Origin: an uncultured Clostridia bacterium
GTDB lineage: Bacteria > Bacillota > Clostridia > Peptostreptococcales > Anaerovoracaceae
NCBI GenBank assembly: GCA_938009115.1
Contig: CALLHZ010000037.1
Coordinates: 3,230-67,229, forward strand
Direction: 5' to 3'
Length of the DNA: 64,000 nt
Program-made: the position numbers and the translations under genes
The notes under the pieces: generated by a model
What the model saw: only the letters and a program-made list of their open reading frames with translations
Database searches by the model: none
Told to the model about the DNA's origin: nothing
Part shown: positions 44,596-55,661 of the stretch, one piece after another
Layout: every line of letters starts with the position of its first letter
Numbering within the stretch: position 1 is the first letter of the stretch

Positions 44596-46530
44596 ATGGA
44601 AAAGAAAAAGACATTCTACATCTCCACACCGATTTATTATCCCAGCGACAATCTTCATATCGGGCATACGTACTGCACGGTCATGGCCGACGCCATGGCC
44701 CGGTTCAAACGTCTGGCCGGCTACGATGTGATGTTTCTGACCGGCACTGACGAGCACGGCCAGAAGATCCAGAAAAAGGCGGAGGCCAAAGGCGTGACGC
44801 CCATCGCTTACGTGGACGCCATCGTGGAAAACATCCTTGCGCTGTGGAAGACCATGGAGATCTCCTACGACGATTTTATCCGTACCACGGAGCCCCGCCA
44901 CGAAAAGCGGGTCCAGGAGATCTTCCTCAAGATGTACGAAAAAGGCGACATCTACAAGTCGGAATACGAGGGCTGGTACTGTACGCCCTGCGAAGCGTTC
45001 TGGACGGAAAACCAATTGAACGACGGACTTTGTCCGGATTGCGGCCGGCCTGTGGAGAAAGCCAAGGAAGAAGCCTATTTCTTCCGCCTTTCCAAGTATG
45101 CCGACCGGTTGGTGGAACTGTTCAAAACGACAGATTTCCTGCAGCCGGAAACCAGAGTCAACGAAATGCTGGCCTTTATCGATCAGGGGCTGGAGGATCT
45201 GTGCATTTCCAGAAGCAGCTTCGACTGGGGCATTCCGGTGCCCATCGACGACAAGCATGTGATTTATGTATGGCTGGATGCGCTTTCCAATTATGTGACG
45301 GCCCTGGGATTTCCCGAATTGCCCGGCGAGAGCATGGAAAAGTACGAAAAGTACTGGCCCTGCGATGTGCATTTGGTAGGCAAGGAGATCGTCCGTTTCC
45401 ACGCGATCATCTGGCCGGCCATGCTCATGTCCATCGACGCGCCGTTGCCCAAGCATGTGCTCGGACATGGCTGGATCCTTCTGGAGGGTGGCAAGATGTC
45501 CAAATCCAGAGGCAATATCGTGGATCCCGTCAAGCTCATTGAGCGCTACGGCGTGGATGCCCTCAAGTATTTCCTTCTCAGGGAGTACACGTTCGGCCAG
45601 GACGGCTTGTTCACCAACGAAGTGATGCTCAACCGGTTGAATTACGACCTTGCCAATGACCTGGGCAATCTTTTGTCCCGGACCGTTTCCATGATCGAAA
45701 AATATAACCGCAGCCAGGTCCCGCCCGCAGGGCCCTGCGAAGGACCGGACCAGGCACTTAAAGATCTGGCTTCAGGCTGCCATGCCCGCGTAGCCGAGCA
45801 TATGGATCAATTCCGCTTCAATTTAGCTTTGGAAGAGATCTGGGTGCTGATCCGCCGGACGAACAAGTATATCGACGAGACGGCGCCCTGGATCCTTGCC
45901 AGGGAAGAGGCCTCCAAAGCCAGACTGGACACGGTGCTCCACAATCTGGCGGAAGCGCTGCGCATCGTATCGATCCTGATTTATCCCTTTATGCACACCA
46001 CGGCAACGGAGATCCGCAGCCAGCTGGGCCTCTGGTACGCAGAGCCGGAGTGGAAGGATGCCGCAGTCTTCGATACTATGGCAGGAGAGATCGTCAAGAA
46101 AGGAAAAGCCATCTTCCCCCGCCTGGATATCGAGGAAGAGATCGCGGCGCTGGAAGCCATGAAAGAAGGAGGAGCGGAGCCGGAGGACTTGCCGCCGGAG
46201 ATCCCCTACAAAGATGCCATCGATTTTGCGGATTTCGAAAAGATCGATCTTCGGACCGGCGTCGTCCTTTCGGCGGAAAAGCATCCCGACGCGGACAAGC
46301 TTCTGATCTTCCAGATCCGCATGGGCCGCGAGGTCCGGCAGATCATCTCCGGCGTAGCCGAGAGCTACAAGCCCGAGGACTGCGTCGGACAGCCGGTGAT
46401 CGTGGTGGCCAATCTGAAGCCCCGGAAGTTCAGAGGGCAGGAGTCCAACGGCATGCTGCTGTTTGCCAACGACCGTGATAAATTTACGTTTGCTTTTACA
46501 AACGCCAGGGACGGAGAGGTCGTCAGTTGA
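44596..46530 (+). CDS. metG: methionyl-tRNA synthetase with a C-terminal tRNA-binding (EMAP/Trbp111-like) domain
   Basis: PIYYPSDNLHIGH (HIGH), zinc knuckle CTPCEAF...CPDCG, KMSKSRGN (KMSKS). Confidence 0.95.
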   Translation: MEKKKTFYISTPIYYPSDNLHIGHTYCTVMADAMARFKRLAGYDVMFLTGTDEHGQKIQKKAEAKGVTPIAYVDAIVENILALWKTMEISYDDFIRTTEPRHEKRVQEIFLKMYEKGDIYKSEYEGWYCTPCEAFWTENQLNDGLCPDCGRPVEKAKEEAYFFRLSKYADRLVELFKTTDFLQPETRVNEMLAFIDQGLEDLCISRSSFDWGIPVPIDDKHVIYVWLDALSNYVTALGFPELPGESMEKYEKYWPCDVHLVGKEIVRFHAIIWPAMLMSIDAPLPKHVLGHGWILLEGGKMSKSRGNIVDPVKLIERYGVDALKYFLLREYTFGQDGLFTNEVMLNRLNYDLANDLGNLLSRTVSMIEKYNRSQVPPAGPCEGPDQALKDLASGCHARVAEHMDQFRFNLALEEIWVLIRRTNKYIDETAPWILAREEASKARLDTVLHNLAEALRIVSILIYPFMHTTATEIRSQLGLWYAEPEWKDAAVFDTMAGEIVKKGKAIFPRLDIEEEIAALEAMKEGGAEPEDLPPEIPYKDAIDFADFEKIDLRTGVVLSAEKHPDADKLLIFQIRMGREVRQIISGVAESYKPEDCVGQPVIVVANLKPRKFRGQESNGMLLFANDRDKFTFAFTNARDGEVVS

Positions 46531-47348
46531 TGCTCTTCGATTCTCATGCCCATATCAGCGACCGGCGGTTCGACAAGGACCGCCGCGCGCTGTATCAGCA
46601 GATCCGCGATGCGGGGCTGGCCGTGGTGATGGACGTGGGTTCCGATCTGGCCACGTCTCTGGATGCGGCCCGCGCGGCGGAGGAAAATGATTTCTGCTAT
46701 GCGGTGGTGGGGTGCCATCCCCACGAAGCCAAGGATTTTGACGAGGAGCAGCTGCTGCTCGTCAGAGGCTTGACAAAGAAGCCGAAGGTCAAAGCTGTCG
46801 GCGAGATCGGGCTGGATTACCACTACGATTTTTCCGACCGGGAGAGCCAGCGGTTCTGGTTCGCCCGGCAGGTGCGCATGGCAGTGGAACTCGGCATGCC
46901 CATCGTGATCCACGACCGGGAGGCTCACGAAGACGTGCTGGGCATCCTGCGGGAAAACGGCGCGTTTTCCCCGGAGCGAAAAAAGAGTTTTCCGCTCCGT
47001 CCCGACGGGACTCAGGATGCCCGGGTCCTTTTGCACTGCTATTCCGGCAGCGCGCAGATGGCGGAGCAGTATGTCAAACTGGGCGCAACGATCAGCATCG
47101 CCGGTCCGGTCACGTACTCCAATGCCCGGCGGGCCCGGGAGGTCGTGGAAGCCGTGGATCTGCTGCATCTGCTGGTGGAGACCGACGCGCCTTATCTTGC
47201 GCCGGAGCCCTTTCGCGGGCGCACCAATATTCCGCCTTACGTGGAGCATACCGCGCGAAAAATCGCAGAAATCAAAGGAGCGGCCTACGAGGAAGTCGCG
47301 CTGCAGACCTGCAGGAACGGATGCCGGTTTTTCAATATCGAACTGTAA
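46527..47348 (+). CDS. tatD: TatD family metal-dependent hydrolase
   Basis: LFDSHAHI, AVGEIGLDYHY, PIVIHDREAHED, LHCYSGS, LLVETDAPYL. Confidence 0.9.
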   Translation: MMLFDSHAHISDRRFDKDRRALYQQIRDAGLAVVMDVGSDLATSLDAARAAEENDFCYAVVGCHPHEAKDFDEEQLLLVRGLTKKPKVKAVGEIGLDYHYDFSDRESQRFWFARQVRMAVELGMPIVIHDREAHEDVLGILRENGAFSPERKKSFPLRPDGTQDARVLLHCYSGSAQMAEQYVKLGATISIAGPVTYSNARRAREVVEAVDLLHLLVETDAPYLAPEPFRGRTNIPPYVEHTARKIAEIKGAAYEEVALQTCRNGCRFFNIEL

Positions 47349-47360
47349 AGGAGATCAAGA

Positions 47361-48566
47361 ATGTACTGTGTAAAGAAAATGACGGATGACATGTATTGGG
47401 TCGGCGCCAACGACCGGAGACTGGCTTTGTTCGAAAACCTTTATCCGATACCTGCCGGCGTTTCCTACAACGCATATCTGATCCTGGATGAAAAGACGGT
47501 CCTGATCGACACTGTGGACAAGGGGGCTGCAGCCCTTTTCTTTGAGAACATCGAAAAGGTCCTTGCGGGGCGTTCCCTGGACTATTTGATCATCAATCAC
47601 ATGGAGCCGGATCATGCCGCCGCTATCGGCGATCTCATCCGGCGCTATCCGGACCTGAAGATCGTGAGCAACGCCAAGGCGATCACCATGATCCGCCAGT
47701 ATTTTGATTTTGACGTGGAGGCCTGCGCAATTGCGGTCAAGGAAGGAGAGATCCTGAGCATCGGCCGCCATGTTTTCAGATTCCTCATGGCGCCCATGGT
47801 GCACTGGCCCGAAACCATGGTCACTTACGACGAGGCCGACCGTATCCTGTATTCCGGAGATGCTTTCGGCACCTTCTGCGCTGTCAACGGCAATCTCTAT
47901 GCGGACGAGATGAATTTCGAGAGAGATTGGCTGCCCGACGCCCGGCGGTACTATGCCAATATTGTAGGGAAGTACGGCGCTCAGGTCCAGGCGCTGCTTA
48001 AGAAGGCTGCCGGCCTTGAAATCGCCGCAATATGCCCTCTCCACGGCCCCGTCTGGCGCAAGGATCTGGACTGGTTTATCGGGAAATATGATCTGTGGAG
48101 TTCCTGGCAGCCGGAGGAACAGGCTGTTATGATTGCTTGCGGTTCGATCTACGGGCATACGGAAAACGCTGCGGAGATTTTGGCTTTTGAGCTGGCGGAA
48201 GCGGGCGTCAGAAATATCGTCATGTATGACGTATCCTCCACGGACGTATCCCATCTGGTGGCCGAAGCCTTCCGCTGCAGTCATTTGGTGCTGGCCTGCT
48301 CGACGCATAATGCGGAGATCTTCCCGCCGATGCATCACTTTTTGTTGGATCTGAAGGCCCACAACATGCAGAATCGAACCGTAGCCCTGATCGAAAACGG
48401 CACCTGGGCCTCTTCCTCCGGAAAGCTCATGGCGGAGCTCCTTTCCGGCATGAAGACCATGGATCTGCTGGAAGGCACAGTGAGCCTCCGGTCGGCCGCA
48501 ACCGAAGACCAGCGCGTTGCGCTCCGGGACATGGCCCAAAGGATCGCCGCTTCGCTGAACGGATGA
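47361..48566 (+). CDS. fprA: flavodiiron protein (FprA-type: metallo-beta-lactamase domain plus flavodoxin domain)
   Basis: SYNAYLI, IINHMEPDHAAA, HWPETMVTYD, then a flavodoxin-like C-terminal half (MIACGSIYGHTE). Confidence 0.85.
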   Translation: MYCVKKMTDDMYWVGANDRRLALFENLYPIPAGVSYNAYLILDEKTVLIDTVDKGAAALFFENIEKVLAGRSLDYLIINHMEPDHAAAIGDLIRRYPDLKIVSNAKAITMIRQYFDFDVEACAIAVKEGEILSIGRHVFRFLMAPMVHWPETMVTYDEADRILYSGDAFGTFCAVNGNLYADEMNFERDWLPDARRYYANIVGKYGAQVQALLKKAAGLEIAAICPLHGPVWRKDLDWFIGKYDLWSSWQPEEQAVMIACGSIYGHTENAAEILAFELAEAGVRNIVMYDVSSTDVSHLVAEAFRCSHLVLACSTHNAEIFPPMHHFLLDLKAHNMQNRTVALIENGTWASSSGKLMAELLSGMKTMDLLEGTVSLRSAATEDQRVALRDMAQRIAASLNG

Positions 48567-48570
48567 CATC

Positions 48571-49959
48571 ATGAACGCAGAAGCCTCAGTCCGAAGGACT
48601 ATTTCCGAACACAGCCTGATCGCTTCCGGAGACCACGTCGTATTGGGTCTTTCCGGCGGCCCGGATTCTCTGTGCCTATTGCATATACTGACCGAGCTCC
48701 GCAAGGAGCTTGGTTTTTCATTATCCTGTGTTCATTTGAACCATTTGATGCGGGGAGAACAGGCTTCCGCGGACGTCCGATGGCTCACGGACCATTGCGG
48801 CAGCCTTGGCGTGCCCCTGACTGTGGCGGTCTGCGATGTGGAAGCCCGAGCCCGCAATGAAAAAATATCTGTGGAAGAGGCCGGACGGCAGGCCAGGCAG
48901 GAAGCCTTGTTTGCGGAGGCGGGTAAAGAAGCAAAGCGTTGCGCCGGCGTCGTTCGGGTGGCTTTGGCCCACAACCGGGACGATCAGGCGGAAACCGTCC
49001 TGCTCCGGATCCTGCGGGGCACCGGCGTCCACGGACTGACAGCCATGGAATATCTCCGGGAAGATGGACTGATCCGGCCGCTGCTGGATACCTCCAGAAA
49101 AGAAGTGGAAGCTTACTGCGATAAAAATACCCCGATGCCGCTGTGGGACAGCACGAATGCCAGCACCGCATTTACCCGCAACCGGTTGCGTCTGGAACTG
49201 ATTCCGCTGCTGGAGCGGCAGTTCAATCCTGCTGTGCGGGAAGCGCTGGTCCGTCTTGCGGACAATGCCCGGGAGGACGACCGCTGCCTTTTGCGCCTGA
49301 CGCTGCAAAAGGCAGCCTCGGCCCGTGTTCTCGATGACACCCGGGCCGATCTCGCTTTCCCTCTGGCGGAGCTTGCTGCCATGGATGCCGCCCTGGGAAA
49401 GCGGGTCGTCCGCCTGCTGTTTGCCCGCATCGGACTGCAGGAGGATATCGCTTCGGTACATCTGACGGCGCTGTGGAAGGCTTTGGAGAAAGGGAATACC
49501 GGCGCTGTGACCGAATTCCCCGGGGGGTACAGAGCGGAAATGGGACGCGAGGACCTTTTGCTCCGGTGCCCGGGCTTGGACGCCCCGGCCAAGGAGGATC
49601 CGGTGTGGGAGCTGATACAGCGACGCCTTCCCGGCGACCAGATCCCCGATCCGGCATCGCTTCCTGTTCACCAGGCCGTGCTGGATGCCGACGCGGTGGA
49701 TGCTTTAGGCGCACCGCTGGTCCTCCGGACCCGGCAGGCCGGCGACCGCATATGGCCTTTGGGCGGTCCCGGGACCCAGAAGCTCCAGGATCATTTTGTG
49801 AACGCGAAGGTGCCAAGAGAGAGCAGAGACCGGATCCCGCTGGTCTGCAGCGGCAGCGAGGTCCTTTGGATCCGGGGCGGCACGGTCAGCGAAAAATGCA
49901 AAGTGACGTCCGAGACGCGACAGGGGATATTGCTTGAAATATACAGAAGAATATGCTAA
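48571..49959 (+). CDS. tilS: tRNA(Ile)-lysidine synthetase
   Basis: PP-loop VLGLSGGPDSLCL, HLNHLMRG, AHNRDDQAETVLLRILRG. Confidence 0.9.
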   Translation: MNAEASVRRTISEHSLIASGDHVVLGLSGGPDSLCLLHILTELRKELGFSLSCVHLNHLMRGEQASADVRWLTDHCGSLGVPLTVAVCDVEARARNEKISVEEAGRQARQEALFAEAGKEAKRCAGVVRVALAHNRDDQAETVLLRILRGTGVHGLTAMEYLREDGLIRPLLDTSRKEVEAYCDKNTPMPLWDSTNASTAFTRNRLRLELIPLLERQFNPAVREALVRLADNAREDDRCLLRLTLQKAASARVLDDTRADLAFPLAELAAMDAALGKRVVRLLFARIGLQEDIASVHLTALWKALEKGNTGAVTEFPGGYRAEMGREDLLLRCPGLDAPAKEDPVWELIQRRLPGDQIPDPASLPVHQAVLDADAVDALGAPLVLRTRQAGDRIWPLGGPGTQKLQDHFVNAKVPRESRDRIPLVCSGSEVLWIRGGTVSEKCKVTSETRQGILLEIYRRIC

Positions 49960-50030
49960 AATGTTGTGTCTTCGTACAAATAGAAAATCGGCACGAAGAA
50001 GATCAATGAGGACACGGAGGGTTTTAACCA

Positions 50031-52139
50031 TTGAATAATAAAAGAAATAACGCTATGCGAGGCGCCGGGATCTACCTCCTGATTTTTGCCGTCGTACTGG
50101 CGATCGCCTGGTTTTATCAGGATGCTGCCATCAGCCGGCAGGAGCCGGTCAAGAGCATCGAGTTTTCGGAACTGGTTTCCCACCTTGCAAAGGAGCAGGT
50201 GGAAAGCATCAAAATAACAGAGAGTTCACGCCGTTACGAAGGGGAGCTTCGGGACGGCACGCTGTTCATCGCCTATGCGCCCACCGTCTATGACATGGAA
50301 ACGGTGAGCCAGACCTATATCGTGCCCCAGTCCGGCAACGGCCTTGTGGTCCAGAGCGTCAAACCGTCCTCGGCGGCGGCCTGGCTTAGCTGGCTGCCCA
50401 CGCTGCTGCTTATCGGAGTCATGATCTTTTTCTGGACCAGCTTTATGGGCGCCAACGGCGCCGGCGGCGGAAACAAGAGCGTCATGAACTTCGGTAAGAA
50501 CCGTGCTCACATGCTTAAGGACGGGGATCTGAAAAAGATCACCTTTGCCGACGTTGCGGGGCTGGACGAAGAAAAGGCCGAGCTGGAAGAGATCGTGGAT
50601 TTCCTGCGAAATCCCAAAAAATATGTGCAGCTGGGCGCGCGGATCCCCAAAGGCGTTTTACTGGTAGGGCCTCCGGGCACCGGTAAAACTTACATATCCA
50701 AAGCCGTGGCGGGAGAGGCCGGCGTGCCGTTTTTCTCCATCAGCGGATCGGATTTTGTTGAGATGTTCGTGGGCGTGGGCGCTTCCCGTGTCCGGGATCT
50801 GTTTGCCGAGGCAAAGAAAAACGCCCCCTGTATCGTTTTCATCGATGAGATCGATGCGGTCGGCCGGCGCAGAGGCGCCGGGATCGGCGGCGGCAACGAC
50901 GAAAGAGAGCAGACACTGAACCAGCTCCTGGTGGAGATGGACGGCTTTGGCGTCAACGAGGGCATCATCATCCTGGCTGCCACCAACCGCCCCGACGTCC
51001 TGGATCCTGCGATCCTGCGTCCCGGCCGGTTCGACAGAGAAGTGGCCATCGGCATTCCCGATATCAAAGGCCGGGAGGCGATTTTTAAAGTACACTCGAA
51101 AAACAAACCCCTGGACAGCGGCATCGACATGAAGGTGCTGGCCAGGCGCACCCCGGGCTTTACGCCGGCAGACATCGAGAACATGATGAACGAGGCGGCC
51201 CTTCTGACGGCCCGCCGAAGCGGGAGCCAGATCCATATGGACGATCTGGAGGAAGCCATTACCCGGGTGATCGCCGGCCCCCAGAAAAAAAGCCGGGTGA
51301 TCAGCGATTCAGAGAAGAAACTGACGGCCTACCACGAAGCAGGTCATGCAGTGGTCGCAAGAGTCCTGCCCAACGCAGATCCGGTGCACCAGGTCACTAT
51401 CATGCCCCGGGGCAGAGCCGGCGGCTTTACCATGACGCTGCCCAAAGAAGATAAATATTACATGACCAAGACCGACATGGAGGAGCAGATCATGCATCTC
51501 CTGGGGGGCCGCGTCGCTGAAAAACTGGTGCTCAAAGATATCAGCACCGGAGCCAGCAACGATTTGGAACGGGCAACGACCATCGCCCGCAACATGATCA
51601 CCAAATACGGAATGAGCGAGAAGATCGGGCCGATCAACTACAGCGAGTCCGACGAAGTGTTCCTGGGCCGTGATTTCACGTCCCGGAAAAACTTCTCCGA
51701 AAGCCTGGCCTCCGAGATCGACAAAGAAATCAAGCTCATCATGGAAACTGCCTTCGACCGGACCGAGGAGATCCTGAAGGAACACATGGATCAGCTGAAC
51801 CGCATCGCCGACGCGCTTCTGGAAATGGAGACCATCGACGCCGTTCAGTTTGAACAGCTCTTCAACGACGAAAAGACTCTGGAGGAAATCAAGCAGGACA
51901 GCCAGGATCAGGCTCAAGCTAAGGAAGAAGCCAATCGCCTGGAAGCCGAAAAGCGGGCCGCTGCCGAGGAGGCCGAGCGAAAAGCCATGGAAGAGCAGCT
52001 TCGCAGGCACATGGAAAAGGGCAAGCGTGTTGCAGTCATGGGCACGGATGGAAGCATGGTGTTCCAGGACCTCACCAGGCTCCGGGAAAAGCAGGAAGCT
52101 GAAAAGGCCCAGGAGCAGGAGAACAAGGACGAGTCATGA
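50031..52139 (+). CDS. ftsH: ATP-dependent zinc metalloprotease FtsH
   Basis: [47 protein letters not shown]. Long charged C-terminal tail. Apparent TTG start. Confidence 0.95.
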   Translation: MNNKRNNAMRGAGIYLLIFAVVLAIAWFYQDAAISRQEPVKSIEFSELVSHLAKEQVESIKITESSRRYEGELRDGTLFIAYAPTVYDMETVSQTYIVPQSGNGLVVQSVKPSSAAAWLSWLPTLLLIGVMIFFWTSFMGANGAGGGNKSVMNFGKNRAHMLKDGDLKKITFADVAGLDEEKAELEEIVDFLRNPKKYVQLGARIPKGVLLVGPPGTGKTYISKAVAGEAGVPFFSISGSDFVEMFVGVGASRVRDLFAEAKKNAPCIVFIDEIDAVGRRRGAGIGGGNDEREQTLNQLLVEMDGFGVNEGIIILAATNRPDVLDPAILRPGRFDREVAIGIPDIKGREAIFKVHSKNKPLDSGIDMKVLARRTPGFTPADIENMMNEAALLTARRSGSQIHMDDLEEAITRVIAGPQKKSRVISDSEKKLTAYHEAGHAVVARVLPNADPVHQVTIMPRGRAGGFTMTLPKEDKYYMTKTDMEEQIMHLLGGRVAEKLVLKDISTGASNDLERATTIARNMITKYGMSEKIGPINYSESDEVFLGRDFTSRKNFSESLASEIDKEIKLIMETAFDRTEEILKEHMDQLNRIADALLEMETIDAVQFEQLFNDEKTLEEIKQDSQDQAQAKEEANRLEAEKRAAAEEAERKAMEEQLRRHMEKGKRVAVMGTDGSMVFQDLTRLREKQEAEKAQEQENKDES

Positions 52140-53305
52140 CCGAGACTTTTTCCAACAGCCTCATCAACAACAGTATTTATCATCTACTGAACTTTGAGAA
52201 GTACAGCAGTTTTCCCGTTGCGATCCGGGAAGCGGCCATCAACAACAACTTTCAGGTCGTCTTGTTTTCCGGCGACTTCAACACGGTTTTTTCCGTGGAG
52301 ACCCGGCACACCGTGTCCATCGAAGACGTGGTGCGCATGGGCATCGAGCAGGACATCGATAAAAATACAAAAAATACCCGCTTGGATTTCAAGGGGCTTT
52401 CCACCTACTGGGGACCGGTGACGATCAGCGGCGTCAAATACTATTTGATGCTGGTGGACAACGATGTGAACTACACCCAGGATGAGATCGTGAAACTGGC
52501 TGAGATCATCGAGCTGGCCATGGGTATGTGGAATTATACGCCGGAACGGGACATCACCGCCGAGTTCATCCGGGCTCTGCGCCGGGGAAACCGCAGCCTG
52601 GCCTATGCGCTCATGCAGGAGCTTGATTTGACGGGTGATATGTTCAAAGGCGTTTTTTTCGTCCCCGGCGTCCATAAGGAAGAGGGATTGAAAAAGCTGG
52701 CTGCTTTTGAGACGGAATTCGATATCCGGACCATCAAGGTCACCGAAGGCGATGAAATTTCCGGCATACTGCTGGATTCTCCGAAATCCAAAGAGTACGG
52801 CGAGCCCGAATGGAAAGGGCTGGCCCGGCAGATGTTCGAGGCCGGCGCCGACAAGACGTTTCATGTGTCCGGACTTGAGGGTGTGGAAGGCATGTGCAAT
52901 GCCTTTCAGATCATCAACGAAACAGAGGCCTTTATACAGTTGATCTTCCCCCATAAGCACTCGTTTTCGAAGTATGAGCTGGCGCTGGCCAGCAACTGCG
53001 TCAATATCTGTATCAAGGGCGGGTCGGTCAAAAAGAACTATCTGGACTTGATCAAACCGTTTAAAAATGCCAAGGATACCAAAGGGAAGCAGCTGATGGA
53101 AACTCTGGAGACTTTTGTTCTGGACGCGGGCCTTTCCACGGCAAAAACCGCAAAGCTCATGGACATCCATGCCAATACGGTGCAGTACCGGCTAAAAAGG
53201 ATCAAAGAGATCCTGGGCGTGGATATCACCGGAAATACCATCGTTCCGGGCCTGATGATGGCCCTTGCCGTCGCGCGGATCGAAAAGGAAGTCCGTTCAT
53301 TTTAA
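52136..53305 (+). CDS. PucR-family-like transcriptional regulator (C-terminal HTH)
   Basis: C-terminal [33 protein letters not shown] did not recognise the N-terminal ~320 aa. ATGA overlap with the ftsH stop. Confidence 0.6.
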   Translation: MTETFSNSLINNSIYHLLNFEKYSSFPVAIREAAINNNFQVVLFSGDFNTVFSVETRHTVSIEDVVRMGIEQDIDKNTKNTRLDFKGLSTYWGPVTISGVKYYLMLVDNDVNYTQDEIVKLAEIIELAMGMWNYTPERDITAEFIRALRRGNRSLAYALMQELDLTGDMFKGVFFVPGVHKEEGLKKLAAFETEFDIRTIKVTEGDEISGILLDSPKSKEYGEPEWKGLARQMFEAGADKTFHVSGLEGVEGMCNAFQIINETEAFIQLIFPHKHSFSKYELALASNCVNICIKGGSVKKNYLDLIKPFKNAKDTKGKQLMETLETFVLDAGLSTAKTAKLMDIHANTVQYRLKRIKEILGVDITGNTIVPGLMMALAVARIEKEVRSF

Positions 53306-53322
53306 GGACAGGAGAAGAAAGT

Positions 53323-54156
53323 ATGCTGCTGGCATTTGACGTAGGAAACACCAATATTGTACTGGGCGTATACCGGGAGCGGGAGCTTCTCCAGAACTGG
53401 CGCCTGGAGACGGACAAAAATAAAAGCGCCGATGAATACGGAATGATCATCCATCAGCTTTTCGAATACGAAGGGCTGTCGGTCAAGGATATCGACGAAG
53501 TCATCATTTCCACGGTCGTTCCCTCGATCATTTATACGCTGCAGCATCTGACACAAAAATATTTCAACAGGAAAGCCATCGTCGTGGGGCCCGGGATCAA
53601 AACGGGACTGGTCGTCAAGTATGACAACCCCAAGCTCCTGGGCGCAGACCGGATCGTGAACGCCGTGGCGGCGCTGCACTTGTATCCGGCGCCGCTGATC
53701 GTTGTGGATTTCGGCACGGCGACCACCTTTTGCGCCATCACGGAAAAGGCCGAATATCTGGGCGGCGTCATTGCGCCGGGCATCAAGATCTCGGCAGACG
53801 CTCTGTTCGAAAAAACGGCCAAGCTGCCCCGGGTGGATCTGGAGGCGCCGGGCCACGTGCTCTGCCGCAACACCAGCGAAGGCATTCAGGCCGGCGTGGT
53901 GTACGGAAATATGGGTATGGTGGAATACATCATCAAAAAGATGAAAGAGGAGATCCGCGCGTACACAGGCAGCGACAAACCGGTGACCGTAGTCGCTACC
54001 GGCGGTCTTTCCACCCTCATTGATTCCGGGGTGGACTGCATCGACCATGTGGACAAGCTTTTGACGCTGACGGGCCTGGAGCTCATTTACGAAAAGAATC
54101 GTCCCCGCAGGGCTGCCGGCAGGAAGAACGCAACAGATGCAGACCCGGGCCTGTAA
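53323..54156 (+). CDS. coaX: type III pantothenate kinase
   Basis: [44 protein letters not shown]. Confidence 0.9.
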   Translation: MLLAFDVGNTNIVLGVYRERELLQNWRLETDKNKSADEYGMIIHQLFEYEGLSVKDIDEVIISTVVPSIIYTLQHLTQKYFNRKAIVVGPGIKTGLVVKYDNPKLLGADRIVNAVAALHLYPAPLIVVDFGTATTFCAITEKAEYLGGVIAPGIKISADALFEKTAKLPRVDLEAPGHVLCRNTSEGIQAGVVYGNMGMVEYIIKKMKEEIRAYTGSDKPVTVVATGGLSTLIDSGVDCIDHVDKLLTLTGLELIYEKNRPRRAAGRKNATDADPGL

Positions 54157-55126
54157 TATCGGCGGGTTTTCGCTGGACTTCCCCTTTGTGCTGGCCCCTC
54201 TTGCGGGGATCACCGACGGTCCTTTCCGCCGCTTGTGCCGGGAACAGGGCGCCGGGCTGACCTGCACGGAAATGGTCAGCGCCAAAGGGCTGTATTATAA
54301 AAGCAAAAATACAGAGACGCTGCTGACGATTTGTCCCGAGGAAGGCCCTGTGGGCATCCAGCTTTTCGGCGCCGAGCCGGCGATGCTGGGCAGGGCTGCC
54401 CGACAGCTGAAGGAACGGCCCAATGTCCTTTTGGATATCAACATGGGCTGTCCCGTCCCCAAAGTGGTCCGAAACGCCGAGGGTTCGGCGCTTCTCAATG
54501 ATCCGGCTCTGGCCGCTGCCTGTGTTCGCGCCGTGGTGGAGCACGCAGGAAAGCCGGTAACGGTCAAGATGCGGGTGGGCTTTTCCGAGGATCCTTACGA
54601 CTTCTGCGGCTTTGCGGCTCAAATGGAAGCAGCCGGCTGCGCAGCCGTCGCTGTCCACGGCAGGACCCGGGAGCAATATTATTCAGGGAAGGCGGACTGG
54701 TCCAAGATCGCCCGGATCAAGAAAGTTCTTCAGGTGCCCGTGATCGGCAACGGCGACGTGTTTTCCGCCGAAGACGCGCTCCGCATGATGGAAGTCACCG
54801 GCTGCGACGCCGTGATGATCGCCCGGGGAGCCCTGGGAAATCCCTGGATATTCAGAGAGATCAGAGCTTTGTGCGAGGGGCGGCCGCTGCCGCCGAAGCC
54901 ATCCCCGGAGGAAATACAGCAAATGCTGCTGCGGCACCTGGCGCTGACCATCGAGGCCAAGGGCGAATACGCTGCCGTGCGGGAAATGCGGAAGCATGTT
55001 GGCTGGTACGTAAAAGGACTTCCCGGTGCGACACAGCTCCGGCGGAGCGCCAATACTGCCACCACAGCGGTTCAGCTGGAGGAGATTTTTTCCCGGTTGG
55101 GCGATCCGCCTTTCCGTTTGGAATAA
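54137..55126 (+). CDS. dusB: tRNA-dihydrouridine synthase
   Basis: [47 protein letters not shown]. Confidence 0.9.
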   Translation: MQTRACNIGGFSLDFPFVLAPLAGITDGPFRRLCREQGAGLTCTEMVSAKGLYYKSKNTETLLTICPEEGPVGIQLFGAEPAMLGRAARQLKERPNVLLDINMGCPVPKVVRNAEGSALLNDPALAAACVRAVVEHAGKPVTVKMRVGFSEDPYDFCGFAAQMEAAGCAAVAVHGRTREQYYSGKADWSKIARIKKVLQVPVIGNGDVFSAEDALRMMEVTGCDAVMIARGALGNPWIFREIRALCEGRPLPPKPSPEEIQQMLLRHLALTIEAKGEYAAVREMRKHVGWYVKGLPGATQLRRSANTATTAVQLEEIFSRLGDPPFRLE

Positions 55127-55153
55127 ATATTATATCAAAGAGAGGTTTGCGCA

Positions 55154-55633
55154 ATGAACAGTGACCAAATTTTAATGACCCAGGAAGGCTACGACAAGAT
55201 CGTCAAAGAGCACGAATATCTGGTATCCGTCAGAAGAGGGGAAGTGGCCGAGCGCATCAAGGAAGCCATTTCCTATGGCGATATATCGGAAAACGCGGAA
55301 TATGATTCCGCAAAGAACGAGCAGGCAGAGTTGGAAGACCGCATCCTGAAGCTGGAGAATATGCTGCGGAAGGGCAAGATCATCACCGAGGACGAGCTGA
55401 CCGGGGAGCATGTGAACCTGGGTCTCCACGTCCTGCTGAAGGATCGCCAGACAGCGGACCAGTTTGAATATGTGATCGTAGGCGCCACGGAAGCGGATCC
55501 CTTTGCGGGAAAGATCTCCAATGAATCTCCCGTGGGCAAGGCGCTTCTGGGGAAGGCTGCCGGCGAAGTGGTGGACATCCAGACGGAGATGGGCGTACTG
55601 TCTCTGGAAGTGTTGAAGATCCGGAAAGCATAA
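55154..55633 (+). CDS. greA: transcription elongation factor GreA
   Basis: MTQEGYDKI, AISYGDISENAEYDSAKNEQ, SNESPVGKALLGK. Confidence 0.95.
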   Translation: MNSDQILMTQEGYDKIVKEHEYLVSVRRGEVAERIKEAISYGDISENAEYDSAKNEQAELEDRILKLENMLRKGKIITEDELTGEHVNLGLHVLLKDRQTADQFEYVIVGATEADPFAGKISNESPVGKALLGKAAGEVVDIQTEMGVLSLEVLKIRKA

Positions 55634-55661
55634 AGAAAGCGGACCCGAAAGGAAGACGGCA

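Noticed and set aside
47355-48704. 449-aa minus-strand ORF covering fprA and the tilS start.
   Set aside because: It is antisense to two well-supported genes and spans their boundary, with biased composition and no recognisable motifs.
49960-50030. The missing hpt gene between tilS and ftsH. In many Firmicutes the order is tilS-hpt-ftsH.
   Set aside because: The 71-nt gap cannot hide a gene and shows no remnant I could see. This is simple synteny variation and not informative on its own.
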